Source of the DNA: Felis catus
Lineage: Eukaryota
Reading direction: 5' to 3'
DNA length: 64,000 nucleotides
NCBI RefSeq assembly: GCF_018350175.1
Contig: NC_058368.1
Span: forward strand, 186,001-250,000
The translations under genes were made by a program, and so were the position numbers. Shown here piece by piece: positions 11,815 to 22,320 of this stretch. Every line of letters starts with the position of its first letter. The first letter of the stretch is position 1. The notes below the pieces were generated by a model that worked only from the letters and a program-made list of their open reading frames with translations, ran no database searches and had not been told where the DNA came from.

Positions 11815-14690
11815 TTTTTAATTTTTTATTTTAACTCCAGTGTAGTTAGCATACAGTGTTAGTTACAGTGTACAACATAGTGATTCAAAAATTCTATACA
11901 TTACTCAGTGGTCATCAAGATAAGCATACTCTTAATCCCTTTTACCCGTTTTACCCATTCCCCCTTCCCCACCTCCCCTCTGGTAATCATCAGTTTGTTC
12001 TCTATATTTGAGACTGTTTTATGGTTTCTCTCTTTTTTTTCTTCATTCATTTGTTTTGTTTCTTAAGTTCCACATGTGACTGAAATCATATGGTATTTGT
12101 CTTTCTCTGACTTACTTTGCTTAGCACTGTACCCTCTAGATCCATCCATGTTGTTGCAAATAGCAAAATTTCATTCTTTTCTATAGCTGAATATCTTCTT
12201 TATCTATTCATCTATTGATGGACACTTGGGCTGCTTCCATAACTTGGCTATTGTAAATAATTCTGTAATAAACACAGGGGTGCATATATCATTTTGAATT
12301 AATGTTTTCATATTCTTTCATATTCTCAAATACCAAGTACTGCGATTACTGGATCATAGGGTATCATGTCATCTGCTAATAGTGAAAGTTTTACTTCTTT
12401 CTTACCAATTTGGGTGCCTTTTATTTCCTTTTCTTTCTGATTGCTGTGGCAAAATTAAAACCTTCTGTACAGCAAAGGAAACAACAACAAAACTAAAGGG
12501 CAACCTACACTGAATGGGAGAAGATATTTGCAAATGGCATATCCAATAAAGAGTTAGTATCCAAAATATATAGAGAACTGATGCAAGTCAACAGCCAAAA
12601 AACAAATAATCCAATTAAAAAATGGACAGAAGGCATAAACAGACATTTCTTTTTCTTTTCTTTAAATTTTAATTTAAATTCTAGTTAGTTAACATATAGT
12701 GTAATATTGGTTTCAGGAGTTAATTTAGTGATTCATCACTTACATATAACACACAGTGCTCATCATAACAAGTACCCTCCTTAATACCCATCACCCATTT
12801 AGCCCATCCCCCCACCCACCTCCCTCCATCAATCCTGAGTTTGTTTTCTATAGTTAAGAATCTCTTATGGTTTGCTTCCCTCTCTCTTTTTCCCCCCTTC
12901 CCCTATGTTCATCTGTTTTGTTTCTTAAATTCCACACATGAGTGAAATCATAAGATATTTGTCTTTGTCTGACTTATTTCACTTAGCATAATACACTGTA
13001 GCTCCATCCATATCATTGCAAATGGCAAGATTTCATTCTTTTTGATAGCCAAATAATATTCCATTGTATGCATATACCCCATCTTCTTTATCCATTCATC
13101 AGTCGATGGACATTTGGGCTCTCTCCATAGTTTGGTTACTGTTGATAATGCTGCTATAAATATCGGGGTGCATGTACCCCCTTGAATATGTATTTTTGTA
13201 TCCTTTGGGTAAATACCTACTGGCGCAATTGCTGGGTCATAGGGTAGTTCTATTTTTAACTTTTTGAGGAACCTCCATCCTGTTCTCCAGAGTGGCTGCA
13301 CCAGTTTGTGTCCCTACCAACAGTACAAGAGGGTTCCTCTTTCTCCACATCCTCGCCAACATCTGTTGTTTCCCATGTTGTTAGTTTTAGCCATTCTGAC
13401 AGGTGTGAGGTGGCATCTCATCGTGGTTTTGATTTGTATTTCCCTGATGATGAGTAATGTTGAGCATCTTTTCATGTGTCTGTTAGCCATCTGGATGTCT
13501 TCTTTGGAAAAATGTCTATTCATTCCCTCTGCCCATTTTTTAGCTGGATTATTTGTTTTTTGGGTGCTGAGTTTGATAAGTTCTTTGTAGATTTTGGATA
13601 CTAACCCTTTATCAGATATGTCATTTGCAAATAACTTCTCCCATTCCATAGGCTGCCTTTTAGTTTTGTTGAGTGTTTCCTTTGCTGTGCAGAAGCTTTT
13701 TATCTTGATGAAACACTAATACTCCATTTTTGCTTTAGTTTCCCTTACTTCCAGTGATTTGTCTGGTAAGAAGTTGCTCCCGCTGAGGTCAAAGAAATTG
13801 CTGCCTGTATTCTCCTCTATGGTTTTGATGGTTTCATGTCTCACATTTAGGTCTTTTGTCCACTTTGAATTTATTTTTGTGGGTCCAGTTTCATTCTTCT
13901 GCATGTTGCCATCCCATTTTCCCAACACCATTTGTTGAAGAGACTGTCATTTTTCCATTGGATATTCTTTCCTGCTTTGTTGAAGATTAGTTGACCATAT
14001 AGTTATGGGCCCATTTTTGGGTTTTCTATTCTGTTCCATTGATCTCTGTGTCTGTTTTGTGCCAGTACCATATTGCCTTGATTACTATAGTTTTGTAATA
14101 TAGCTTGAAGTCCAGAATCATGGTGCCTCCAGCTTTGCATTTCTGTTTCAGTATTGCTTTGGCTATTTGGGATCTTGTGTGGCTCCATACAAATTTTAGG
14201 ATTGTTTGTTCTAGCTCTGTGAAAAAATGCTGTTGGTATTTTGATAGGGATTGCATTAAATATGTAGATTTCCTTGGGTATAGACATTTTAACAATGTTT
14301 GTTGTTCCAATCTGTGAGCATGGAGTGTTTTTCCAGTTCTTTGTGTCCTGTTTCATTTCTTTCATAAGACTTGTATAGTTTTCAGAGTACAGATCTTTTA
14401 CCTCTTTGGTTAGGCTTATTTCTAGGTATCTTGTGGGTCTTGGCACAATTATAAATGGAATCAGTTCTTTGATTTCTTTTTCTGCTGCTTCATTATTGGT
14501 GTATAGAAATGCAATAGTTTTCTGTACATTGATTTTATATCCTGTGATTTTGCTGAAATAAGTTCTGGCAATATTTTTGGTGGAGGCTTTCAGGCTTTCT
14601 ACATGGAGTATCATGTCATCTGCAAATAGTGAAGGCTTGACTTCTTCCTTGCCAGTTTGGCTGACTTTTGTTTCTTTTTGTTATCTGATG
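11815..14690 (-). mobile_element. Composite carnivore L1s in PTPN18 intron 5 (two 3' ends, ORF2 3' part, short + strand piece 12451-12650)
   Basis: Minus-strand ORFs [45 protein letters not shown] and [14 protein letters not shown] are L1 ORF2. Confidence 0.92.
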
Positions 14691-14699
14691 TTCATTTTA

Positions 14700-15830
14700 T
14701 CCCCAGTCATTTTTTTTCTTTTTTCCACTTTAAATAGTTTCTATTGCTATGTCGTCATGGTCTTTTTTTAATTGTTTCTTCTATGTCTAATCTACTATTA
14801 GACAGTGAATTTTTTATTTTATGTATTTTATTTTTCCTCTCTAGAAGTTCCATTTAGGTCTTCTTTATACCTTTTGTTTCACTTTCATCATGTTCATGTT
14901 TGCCTTTTCATCTTCAAGTATAATTAAAATGTTTTTAAAAATTGTTTAAAGGTCTATTCTTTCCTCATCCCTACCGGATCTTGTCTTCACTGATTTTTCT
15001 CCTGGTTAGGGATTTTGTTGTTTGCTAGTGTGTCTAGTAAATTTTTTTTGGATGCTTGACATTTTTAATTTTACACAGGTCACTGTTGGATTTTATTGTC
15101 TTCCTTTAAAGAGTGTTGGACTTTTTCTGGAGGGTAGTTAAGTTACTTTTTGATGTTTGATCATTTTAAGGTTTGTTTTTAAGCTTTTGTAGGGCAGGTC
15201 TAGAGTGGCCTTTATTCTGGAACTAATTTCACTCTACTCCTAAAGTGTGGTCTTTTTTGATTCCCTACTGAATGCCCTTATAGTCAGTCAGGTCTCTCCA
15301 CTCAGGCTGGAAGGAATGTAAATTATTTCTGTCCCATTATGAACATTGCAGGGAATGTTCATCTTATAGGTCCCTAGTTATTCTCCTTTCTTGGGAAGTT
15401 ATTCTTGCCTAGTTTCATGACATATTTGCTCAGATTATTACTCAGCTAAAAATAGTCAAGGGGACCATATGCAGACTTCTGGAGGTTTGTTTGTTTACTT
15501 TTGTTTGCATATCTCTGTTCTTTCCAGGACTCTGCCCTTCAAATTCTAGCTGCCTTCTCCTCCCTTAGCCGTAATCTCTGGCTCCTCAACTCGGTGGGAT
15601 CTCTGGACTCCCCATGTCCTGCAGCCTGGTGACTGCCTCTAGGGAGTAAGCTGGAGTAGTCATAAGATTTAACCCATGTGTTTCCCTTTGTTCAGTGATC
15701 ACAATCCTGCAATGCCTGTGGTCCAATGTCTGAAAATAGCGGCTCATAAAAAACATATCCAGTTTTTTTAGTTGCTTACAGTATGAGAATATTCTGGCCT
15801 GTCTTCCTCCTGCATAGTCAGAAGCTCAAG
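14700..15830 (-). mobile_element. Old L1 ORF1/5' region fragment
   Basis: Degenerate L1M-type antisense motifs (ctctagaagttccattt, gatcacaatcctgcaatgcctg..tgtctgaaaa). Confidence 0.5.
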
Positions 15831-16019
15831 TCACCACTATGTCTGTGTGTGTTTAATCTGACAAGGCTCTGCCAGCTGGCCTGCACTATAGCTGCAGCTG
15901 TCTGTGCTTCCAGCAGCAATGCCTGAGGTGTCCTGTGAGAGTGTGGACGTATTGAGCTAGAACTCTAAAGCAGACTGCCCCTCTTTATTCCTTGCCCTTT
16001 CTCCCTTACCTTTTTGAAG

Positions 16020-16088
16020 AAAAAGTGTGAGCATTACTGGGACCAAGAACAGGAACCACTACAGATTGGACTATTCTGCATCGTGCTG
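16020..16088 (+). pseudogene. PTPN18: PTPN18 exon 6
   Basis: aag|KKCEHYWDQEQEPLQIGLFCIVL|gtaagc. Confidence 0.92.
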
Positions 16089-16674
16089 GTAAGCTGGAGC
16101 AGAGGTGGGAACAGTGTTTTATGGAGTCTTGAATGTTAGGGAGGTTTCACAGAAGATTCTCAGGATGGAAGGCTTTTGGGCTGAGCCTGAAAGGATGAAC
16201 AGTTTTCCCACAGCCCCCTCACACTTATTAGTATGCAAATAGTCATAACTCAATACATGCATTCATTTTGCATTTTACCTATGATCATGATTATCTCTGT
16301 TATACAAATGTGCCTTGTTAAGTTCTTAAAATCCTTATTTCCCTTAACATTTCAAAAGTCAGGAAAATCTGTCACCTCAAGTCATACATACAGTTGGTAC
16401 ATGAGAAGTGCAATAAAACTCTTGTAGAACAAAAGAAATCTCTTTTTTTCACTATAAATGAGCTTGCTGGGGTGTTTAATCATATTTCTTCTTTCCCTCC
16501 TCCATCAAATGTTTCCTTCAGGAAAGCCATGGGGGATGTTTGAGCTGAATGCATTTTAAAAACAATGTTGTTTGACTTTGATTTTTAATCAGAAATGCTT
16601 GGTTTTCTGTAAATGTCTTTTGGCACCTGTAGTCTTTGTTCTCCCTTCTCTTCCCACCTGCCCCACATCCTCAG

Positions 16675-16737
16675 ACAAGGGAGACCTGGCTGAACACAGA
16701 CATCATACTCAGGGCACTTTAGGTCACCTTTCAGAAG
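16675..16737 (+). pseudogene. PTPN18: PTPN18 exon 7 (in-frame TAG)
   Basis: cag|TRETWLNTDIILRAL*VTFQK|gta; TAG at 16720-16722. Confidence 0.92.
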
Positions 16738-16950
16738 GTACTGAAAAGGGAGGAGGAGGCTCCCATATGGGGAGAGCTGTTTTCTGTCTCCATTTTCTCA
16801 TCTGTAAAATGGGCATTAGCAATAGTACTTATCTTCTCAGTTATTATCTGTTGGATTTAAATGAAAGATGTTTAGAATTGAGCCTGACATGTAGTAGGTA
16901 CTCATAAATGTTTTTTTTTAATTATTTGTCCCTCTTCTCCTGTGTTTCAG

Positions 16951-17093
16951 GAATGCCGATCTGTGTACCAGCTGTAATATATGTCCTGGCCAGACAGAGG
17001 AGTCACTAGCAATCCTGAACATGTGCTCACCATGGCGGAGGAAGCCCATCACCTCCAGGGATATGGCCCCAGGCCCGTCTGTGTCCACTGCAG
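16951..17093 (+). pseudogene. PTPN18: PTPN18 exon 8 (WPD loop; in-frame TAA)
   Basis: cag|ECRSVYQL*YMSWPDRGVTSNPEHVLTMAEEAHHLQGYGPRPVCVHC|gt; TAA at 16975-16977. Confidence 0.94.
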
Positions 17094-17209
17094 GTTTAAG
17101 AAATGGGTTTTATGGGAGTGTGGTGAGACAGAGGTGACTGGGACTGGGGGAGGGAGGCAGGGAGGCCAGTGCAGAACTTGGAGCCAGTCTTGCAGATTGA
17201 GTGCCTCTT

Positions 17210-17705
17210 TTTTTTTTTTTAATACATTTATTGTCAAATTGGTTTCCATACAACACCCAGTGCTCATCCCAACAGATGCCCCCCCAATGCCCATCACCCA
17301 CTTTCCCCTCCCTCCCACCCGCCATCAACCCTCAGTTTATTCTCAGTTTTTAAGAGTCTCTTATGGTTTGGCTCCCTCCCTCTCTAACTTCCCCCCCCTT
17401 CCCCTCCCCCATGGTCTTCTGTTAAGTTTCTCAGGATCCACATAAGAGTGAAAACATATGGTATCTGTCTTTCTCTGTATGACTTATTTCACAGAGAGCA
17501 TAACACTCTCCAGTTCCATCCATGTTGCTACAAAAGGCCATATTTCATTCTTTCTCATTACCAAGTAGGATTTCATTGTATATATAAACCACAACTTCTT
17601 TATCCATTTGTCAGGTGATGGACATTTAGGTTCTTTCCATAATTTGGTTATTGTTGAAAGTGCTGCTATAAACATTGAGGTACTAGTGCCCCTATGCATC
17701 AGCAC
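17210..17705 (-). mobile_element. 5'-truncated young L1 in PTPN18 intron 8
   Basis: Poly-T plus L1 3'UTR and ORF2 C-terminus; TSD tgagtgcctctt at 17198-17209 and 17706-17717. Confidence 0.93.
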
Positions 17706-17993
17706 TGAGTGCCTCTTGAGAAACCTGAGGCTACACTGCTCACACCACATCAACTGAAATTTAGCATTTATTGGGCACCGACTGCCTCCTGGGGAGTAAG
17801 CACACAGTTGACGCTCAACAAATGTAAACAATTAAAAAGTGTTTTCTTTTAAATTGTAATTGGGGGATTCTGAGAATCAAAATGTGCTGCAGGGGATCCC
17901 CAGTTAGGGCCCTCACTGAAAACCCCAAATGCCTTACACAAGAGGGGTTGTGGGCAGGTCCTGACCCAGCTTACTCTTATTCTTGCTTGTCAG

Positions 17994-18055
17994 TGCAGGT
18001 TGTGGGTGAACAGGTGTCCCGTGCACTGTGGATTAAACAGGTGCTCTTGACCCAG
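17994..18055 (+). pseudogene. PTPN18: PTPN18 exon 9 (catalytic Arg -> TGA, frameshift)
   Basis: cag|AGCG*TGVPCTVD*..VLLTQ|gtatg; TGA at 18007-18009, TAA at 18034-18036; the 62-nt exon breaks the frame. Confidence 0.92.
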
Positions 18056-18137
18056 GTATGAATAGGGCATGTTTGCTTGGGTGCAGTGCAGGCCCCATGG
18101 CCACCAGGTCCTGCTCATGTGTCCTCTTTCTCTCCAC

Positions 18138-18215
18138 ATGATCCCACCTAACTGCAGCCCCTTCAGCGTGGTCCTGGAGATGAGAAAGCAGCGGCCTGTA
18201 GCTGTGCAGACAAAG
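18138..18215 (+). pseudogene. PTPN18: PTPN18 exon 10 (acceptor AG->AC)
   Basis: tctccac|MIPPNCSPFSVVLEMRKQRPVAVQTK|gtgaga. Confidence 0.9.
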
Positions 18216-18299
18216 GTGAGAGCCTTAGTCTCCTCAATTCAAGGACACATGCCTCTTCCTCTTGTCTTCCCTTTTTGATAATTCGTCTTCCCCCACGAG

Positions 18300-18386
18300 G
18301 AGGAATACAGGAATAGGAACCTGGTGGTTCAGATGTTCTTCTCAGGACTCCACACCTCCAGCCCCCTTTACCACAACTTCAAGGAG
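18300..18386 (+). pseudogene. PTPN18: PTPN18 exon 11
   Basis: ag|EEYRNRNLVVQMFFSGLHTSSPLYHNFKE|gtac; degenerate EQYRF motif. Confidence 0.85.
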
Positions 18387-18661
18387 GTACCAAGGCCTCC
18401 TGCCTACTGTCTTCCAGTCCACCATCAAACACCCTCAGAGCCTAGGACCAGAGCAGAGGTCTGTGGACACCATCACTGCAGCATCTAGCCCCTGGACTCC
18501 CTCTGGGAGCAGGGACTGACTATGATATCTACCTTTGTTCTCCTCCTTGTGACCTTATCAGACTCCGCCTCAGCTTACCCCCAGAGTCCATGGTGACTTC
18601 CATCAGGGGTCTGGCAACTTTCCTCCACGCCTCGCAGCCCTCCCCTCCTGTCCTTCCCCAG

Positions 18662-18741
18662 AATTGTACCCCACTCTATGATGACGCCCTTTCCTTCCGG
18701 ATCCTTCCCACCACACGCCATTAGCCTGGTGAGGTCCTCAG
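18662..18741 (+). pseudogene. PTPN18: PTPN18 exon 12 (in-frame TAG, GC at donor)
   Basis: ag|NCTPLYDDALSFRILPTTRH*PGEVL..|gcaccc; TAG at 18722-18724. Confidence 0.85.
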
Positions 18742-19169
18742 GCACCCAGCCCTATCTCCTCATTCTTCCCTTTCCAATTTCTCATGCCCAAGGTAACCCT
18801 TTCCTCGCCCTTTCAACACCGGCCCCTTCCTTGCTGTTCAATTTACCAAACATTCACTGGCTAGCTCTTTACCTGCACTCTGGGAACCTGCCCCAAGACG
18901 ACACTTTGATCCCAGAGATCTCATTGCCTCTGCTTCTAAGGCTCGCCTCAATGTTAGCCGTTTCCTTGCTTCCCCGGTCAGTAACTTAGCAAATATTTCT
19001 TGATGCAGCCCACTTGTCAGGCGTCGTGTCTGGTGCTGGGGGCACAGACCCAACCTTCCTTTGCAGCAGAGATGTCACCCCTCCTCTTTAAGACTAGCTC
19101 TCCATCTTGAGGCCGTCCCTCCCTCCCCTTTACATGCCACTTCCTCATTCCTTTATTCAAACATCTGCA

Positions 19170-20150
19170 CGACAGGACCACCCCGCAATACCAATACGCT
19201 GCGCCCTCCACCCGCCAGGCCGGCCCCTTCCCTCCGTCCACCAAACTAGCGGGGCCCTCCGGACGCACAGCGAGACGCCCCTCACCCGGAGGCCCCTCCC
19301 TCTCGCCTCGGAAACCCGCCCGCTCCCCCTCTCCCAACCCGCCAGCAGCCTCGGGCGGGAAGGAAGCGGGCGGTTTGCGCGCCGCGAGCGCTCCCCACCC
19401 CCTCCTTCCTCGGGCTCGGCGTCTTCACTTCCTCCCCGTCCGCCCCGCCCGCAGGAGCATCTCGGCGCCCGGGTCCCCGGCTCCCGCTATGGCCGACACG
19501 GACACGTACGCGGTGGTGCAGAAGCGCAGGGCGCCCCCGGGGCCCGAGGCGGGGGCGCCGGGGCGCGGCGCGGAGGAGGCGCCGCTCTACAGCCAGGTGC
19601 TGCCGCGCGCCCGGCGGCCGCAGGCGCGCGCAGAGGAGGCGCAGGGGGCGCCGCCCGGGCGCGGTGAGTCCGGGCCGCCGGGGTGTGGGCTGGGAGGGCC
19701 GGCGCCCGCCAGCTCCTGCGCCAGACGGCGTGTGGCCGGTGTGGAGGGCCCCGCGGCCTCGAGGACCCCCGCCCCTAAGGCCGGCCTGGTCACGGCCAAG
19801 GCTGACGTCGGTGCCTCTCCGGCCGCGCCTCTGGGACTGTTGCCCGTCCCGGCTCGGCCGGAAGTGCCCCAGGCCTAGCCGTGGCCCTAAGTCTGTGTCC
19901 GTTTCTCTGGCGACACCAGCTCGTCCGGACGGAGGTGGCCTTTGGCCCCGCCCCTACCGCGCCGGCCCCCAGGCCCCCACCCCCAACCCCTGGGAGCTTG
20001 GAGGATGAGGCTCTGCCCCTGGTGGGTTCCAGAGCTCCACGGGGCTGCCTGAATCGATCCGTGGGGGTGGGGGGTGGTTTTCTGCCCACAGTTCTGGCTG
20101 ACCAAAGCCCCGCTGGGCCTGACGCCTACGAGGACGTGGTGGATGGAGCT
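19170..20150. promoter_or_regulatory. Internal CpG island over PTPN18 exon 13, with promoter-like elements
   Basis: CpG-dense; CCAAT at 19191-19195, GGGCGG/CCGCCC boxes ~19353-19450, GGAAGGAAG ETS-like site ~19358-19366. Confidence 0.75.
19489..19663 (+). CDS. PTPN18: PTPN18 exon 13, counted from the internal ATG (candidate first coding exon of a 105-aa tail protein)
   Basis: GCTATGG Kozak; MADTDTYAVVQKRRAPPGPEAGAPGRGAEEAPLYSQVLPRARRPQARAEEAQGAPPGR|gtgagt; ancestral acceptor at 19453-19454 is also intact. Exon identity is firm, translation is inferred. Confidence 0.6.
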
Positions 20151-20166
20151 CAGACCAGTGGGCTAG
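20092..20166 (+). CDS. PTPN18: PTPN18 exon 14 (intact)
   Basis: cag|(V)LADQSPAGPDAYEDVVDGAQTSGL|gtaagt, in frame with exon 13. Confidence 0.65.
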   Translation, partial: FWLTKAPLGLTPTRTWWMELRPVG

Positions 20167-20374
20167 GTAAGTCAAAGCCTGGGTTGCTGGGATACCGCAG
20201 CTTGGACTGAAAACCAGGTGTTGGGGGTTTAGCGATAGTGGCATGGGGCTCCCACTCTCCGAGTCCTGTGGATGTGGCTGCAGTAAATCACAAGGGCCTG
20301 AAGGCTTGAGGATGACCTTCCACACATGTCCACACCTCAGCTTCTCCACGAAACCCACGGTGCCCTTCTTCCAG

Positions 20375-20442
20375 GCTTCAACCTGCGCATTGGAAGGCCT
20401 AAAGGGCCCCGGGACCCCCCTGCTGAGTGGACCCAGGTGTGA
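20375..20442 (+). CDS. PTPN18: PTPN18 exon 15 coding part, CTH motif (intact)
   Basis: cag|(G)FNLRIGRPKGPRDPPAEWTQV-TGA, followed by AATAAA at 20549. Confidence 0.65.
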
Positions 20443-20548
20443 GTGCTGCACCCCTGCCTGCCTGTTGCCCCACATGGGCACCTGGACTGCTGACGGCCAT
20501 TCTCTGCTGTGTGAAGTGTTGGGAATGGGAATGATGGTCCTGGATCAA

Positions 20549-20554
20549 AATAAA
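20549..20554 (+). terminator. Polyadenylation signal of PTPN18
   Basis: AATAAA ~107 nt after the stop codon; further AATAAA at 20672 and 21050. Confidence 0.6.
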
Positions 20555-20719
20555 AGTTTCTCAGGGTGGAAATATGGGGCTTTGCCCCAGTGATTATAGC
20601 ATTCAGGGCCTGAGGCTGGGGGAGGTAGCTGGGAGATAATGGCTAGTGAGACCACATTGAACAGATTCAATAATAAACATCAGGATGGGCCCAACCCCAG
20701 GGTACTAGGCAAGTTCCCC

Positions 20720-22320
20720 CAGGTGTGAAAGAGAAGATGGACAGATGGGCTTCTGGAAACTGCCCCCATCACCACATAATGGACTAGTTCATCTCAGTAT
20801 CTGAGTTTCCCTCGCTCAGACATTCAGCTGGACACAGAGAAATGGCTGCTCCTCCCTGCCCCCCACCATTTGGACGGATCCACGCCAGGCATAATAACCA
20901 AGCAGACTGATTTCAGATAGGTAAAAAATCCCCAGATGGGTTACACAGTCAGATGGGCCCCCAATCAGGACAAATACATAACCATACACCTAGACAGCCA
21001 GATTTCAGAGGACAGTCCACAGCCGGATGGATGGACCTCCAGTCAGATTAATAAACTAACACCTTGACAGATCACACCCAGCAAGAGAAACCATCAAAAA
21101 GACCCCTCTCCCAGATAGGCAGCTAGCCAGATACCAGTCAGATGGACCTCTAGGTGGACAGACTCCCAGACAGACATAAGCAAATCCTTAGCTGAACAGA
21201 CACACAGACATCCTCTCAGCTAGACAGACCCACCACCAAGTGGGCAGACTGACAGACCTAGTCAAACAGACTCCCAAGTAGCCAGATGGACTCCTAGCCA
21301 GCCAGATAGACCCTTGATTGCACAGACACCCCAACCAGCCAGACAGCCTTCCAACCAGGCAGATAGGTGGACTTCTAGACAGGTGGTTAGTCCCCACCAA
21401 CTCATCAATTCCATAAAGCCCACAATTTAGCAGACAGATTGATGCACCACCATCTGGGAAGACTGCCAGGTAGATCCCCAAACAGTCAACAGGCCAGAAA
21501 AGTAGACGAACCCTCAGGTAGATAAGCATCCTAAGCTAGACAGATGGCCCACTGTCCAGACCATCTACCAGCTGGGTGTACGTTGCAAATCAGCGGGTCC
21601 TTTGAATAGGCTAGATCCCTGCTAGCCGATAGGGCCCCATTGGATGGATGAACTTCTAATTAGACACATGACAGATGACCCCAGCCAGACAGTAAGACAC
21701 TATGCCCAGTCAGAGATAAACGGGACCCCAAGCCAAGCTGGACAGATAGAACCCAAACCAGAGGAACAGATGGACCCCCATCTGGAGAGATGAATGGACC
21801 CCCAACAAGTCAGACCCTATTTAGACAGATCCTAGTCAGACAGAAAGACCCCAAACCAGGCTGATTCTGAGCTGTTCACATAGACCCCTAGCCAGACAGA
21901 CCCCCAGCCATTGAACTGGATGCCAGATGCACCAGTTTGGCACAAATCTATGGCTAGTGAGACAGACATCTGGCCTCACAGACAGATGGACTGACCCCAG
22001 ACTGACAGATCAGTGTGTAGCCAGATCGGCTGATAAACCTCCAAGTAGATAGCTGGATAAATGAACTCCAGACAGACTGAATCTCCACTTCACAAGATCC
22101 TCAGGAAGACCCCTGGCTAGACGCAACCACAGACCCTCAGCCAGAAGGATTGCAGCCAGACAGATCTCCAACTAGGCAGGTAGACACTCTGTGAGCCAGA
22201 GAGATCTCCAGCTGGACAGACAAAAATGAGCCACCCAGACAAAACAAACAGTTCTTCATCAAGATAGATTTTAAACCAGACAACCCCAGGTGGACAGAAA
22301 GACAAGAGTAAATTTATACT
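20720..22320. repeat. Degenerate CAGACAGACCCCCAGCCAG array 3' of PTPN18
   Basis: ~1.6 kb of gacagac/gatggaccc/cccagccagac motifs, same strand as the 3540-4170 array. Confidence 0.75.

Larger units (their letters stand above)
6328..20554 (+). pseudogene. PTPN18: PTPN18 locus, 15 exons; PTP-domain exons 1-12 inactivated, exons 13-15 intact
   Basis: Hand-spliced exons match PTPN18 peptides in order: [107 protein letters not shown] at 20549-20554. Confidence 0.95.

Noticed and set aside
6328..20442. Functional full-length PTPN18 through a CTG start, readthrough or exon skipping
   Set aside because: The catalytic Arg codon is a stop and lesions span at least seven exons, so no splice form restores an active PTP domain.
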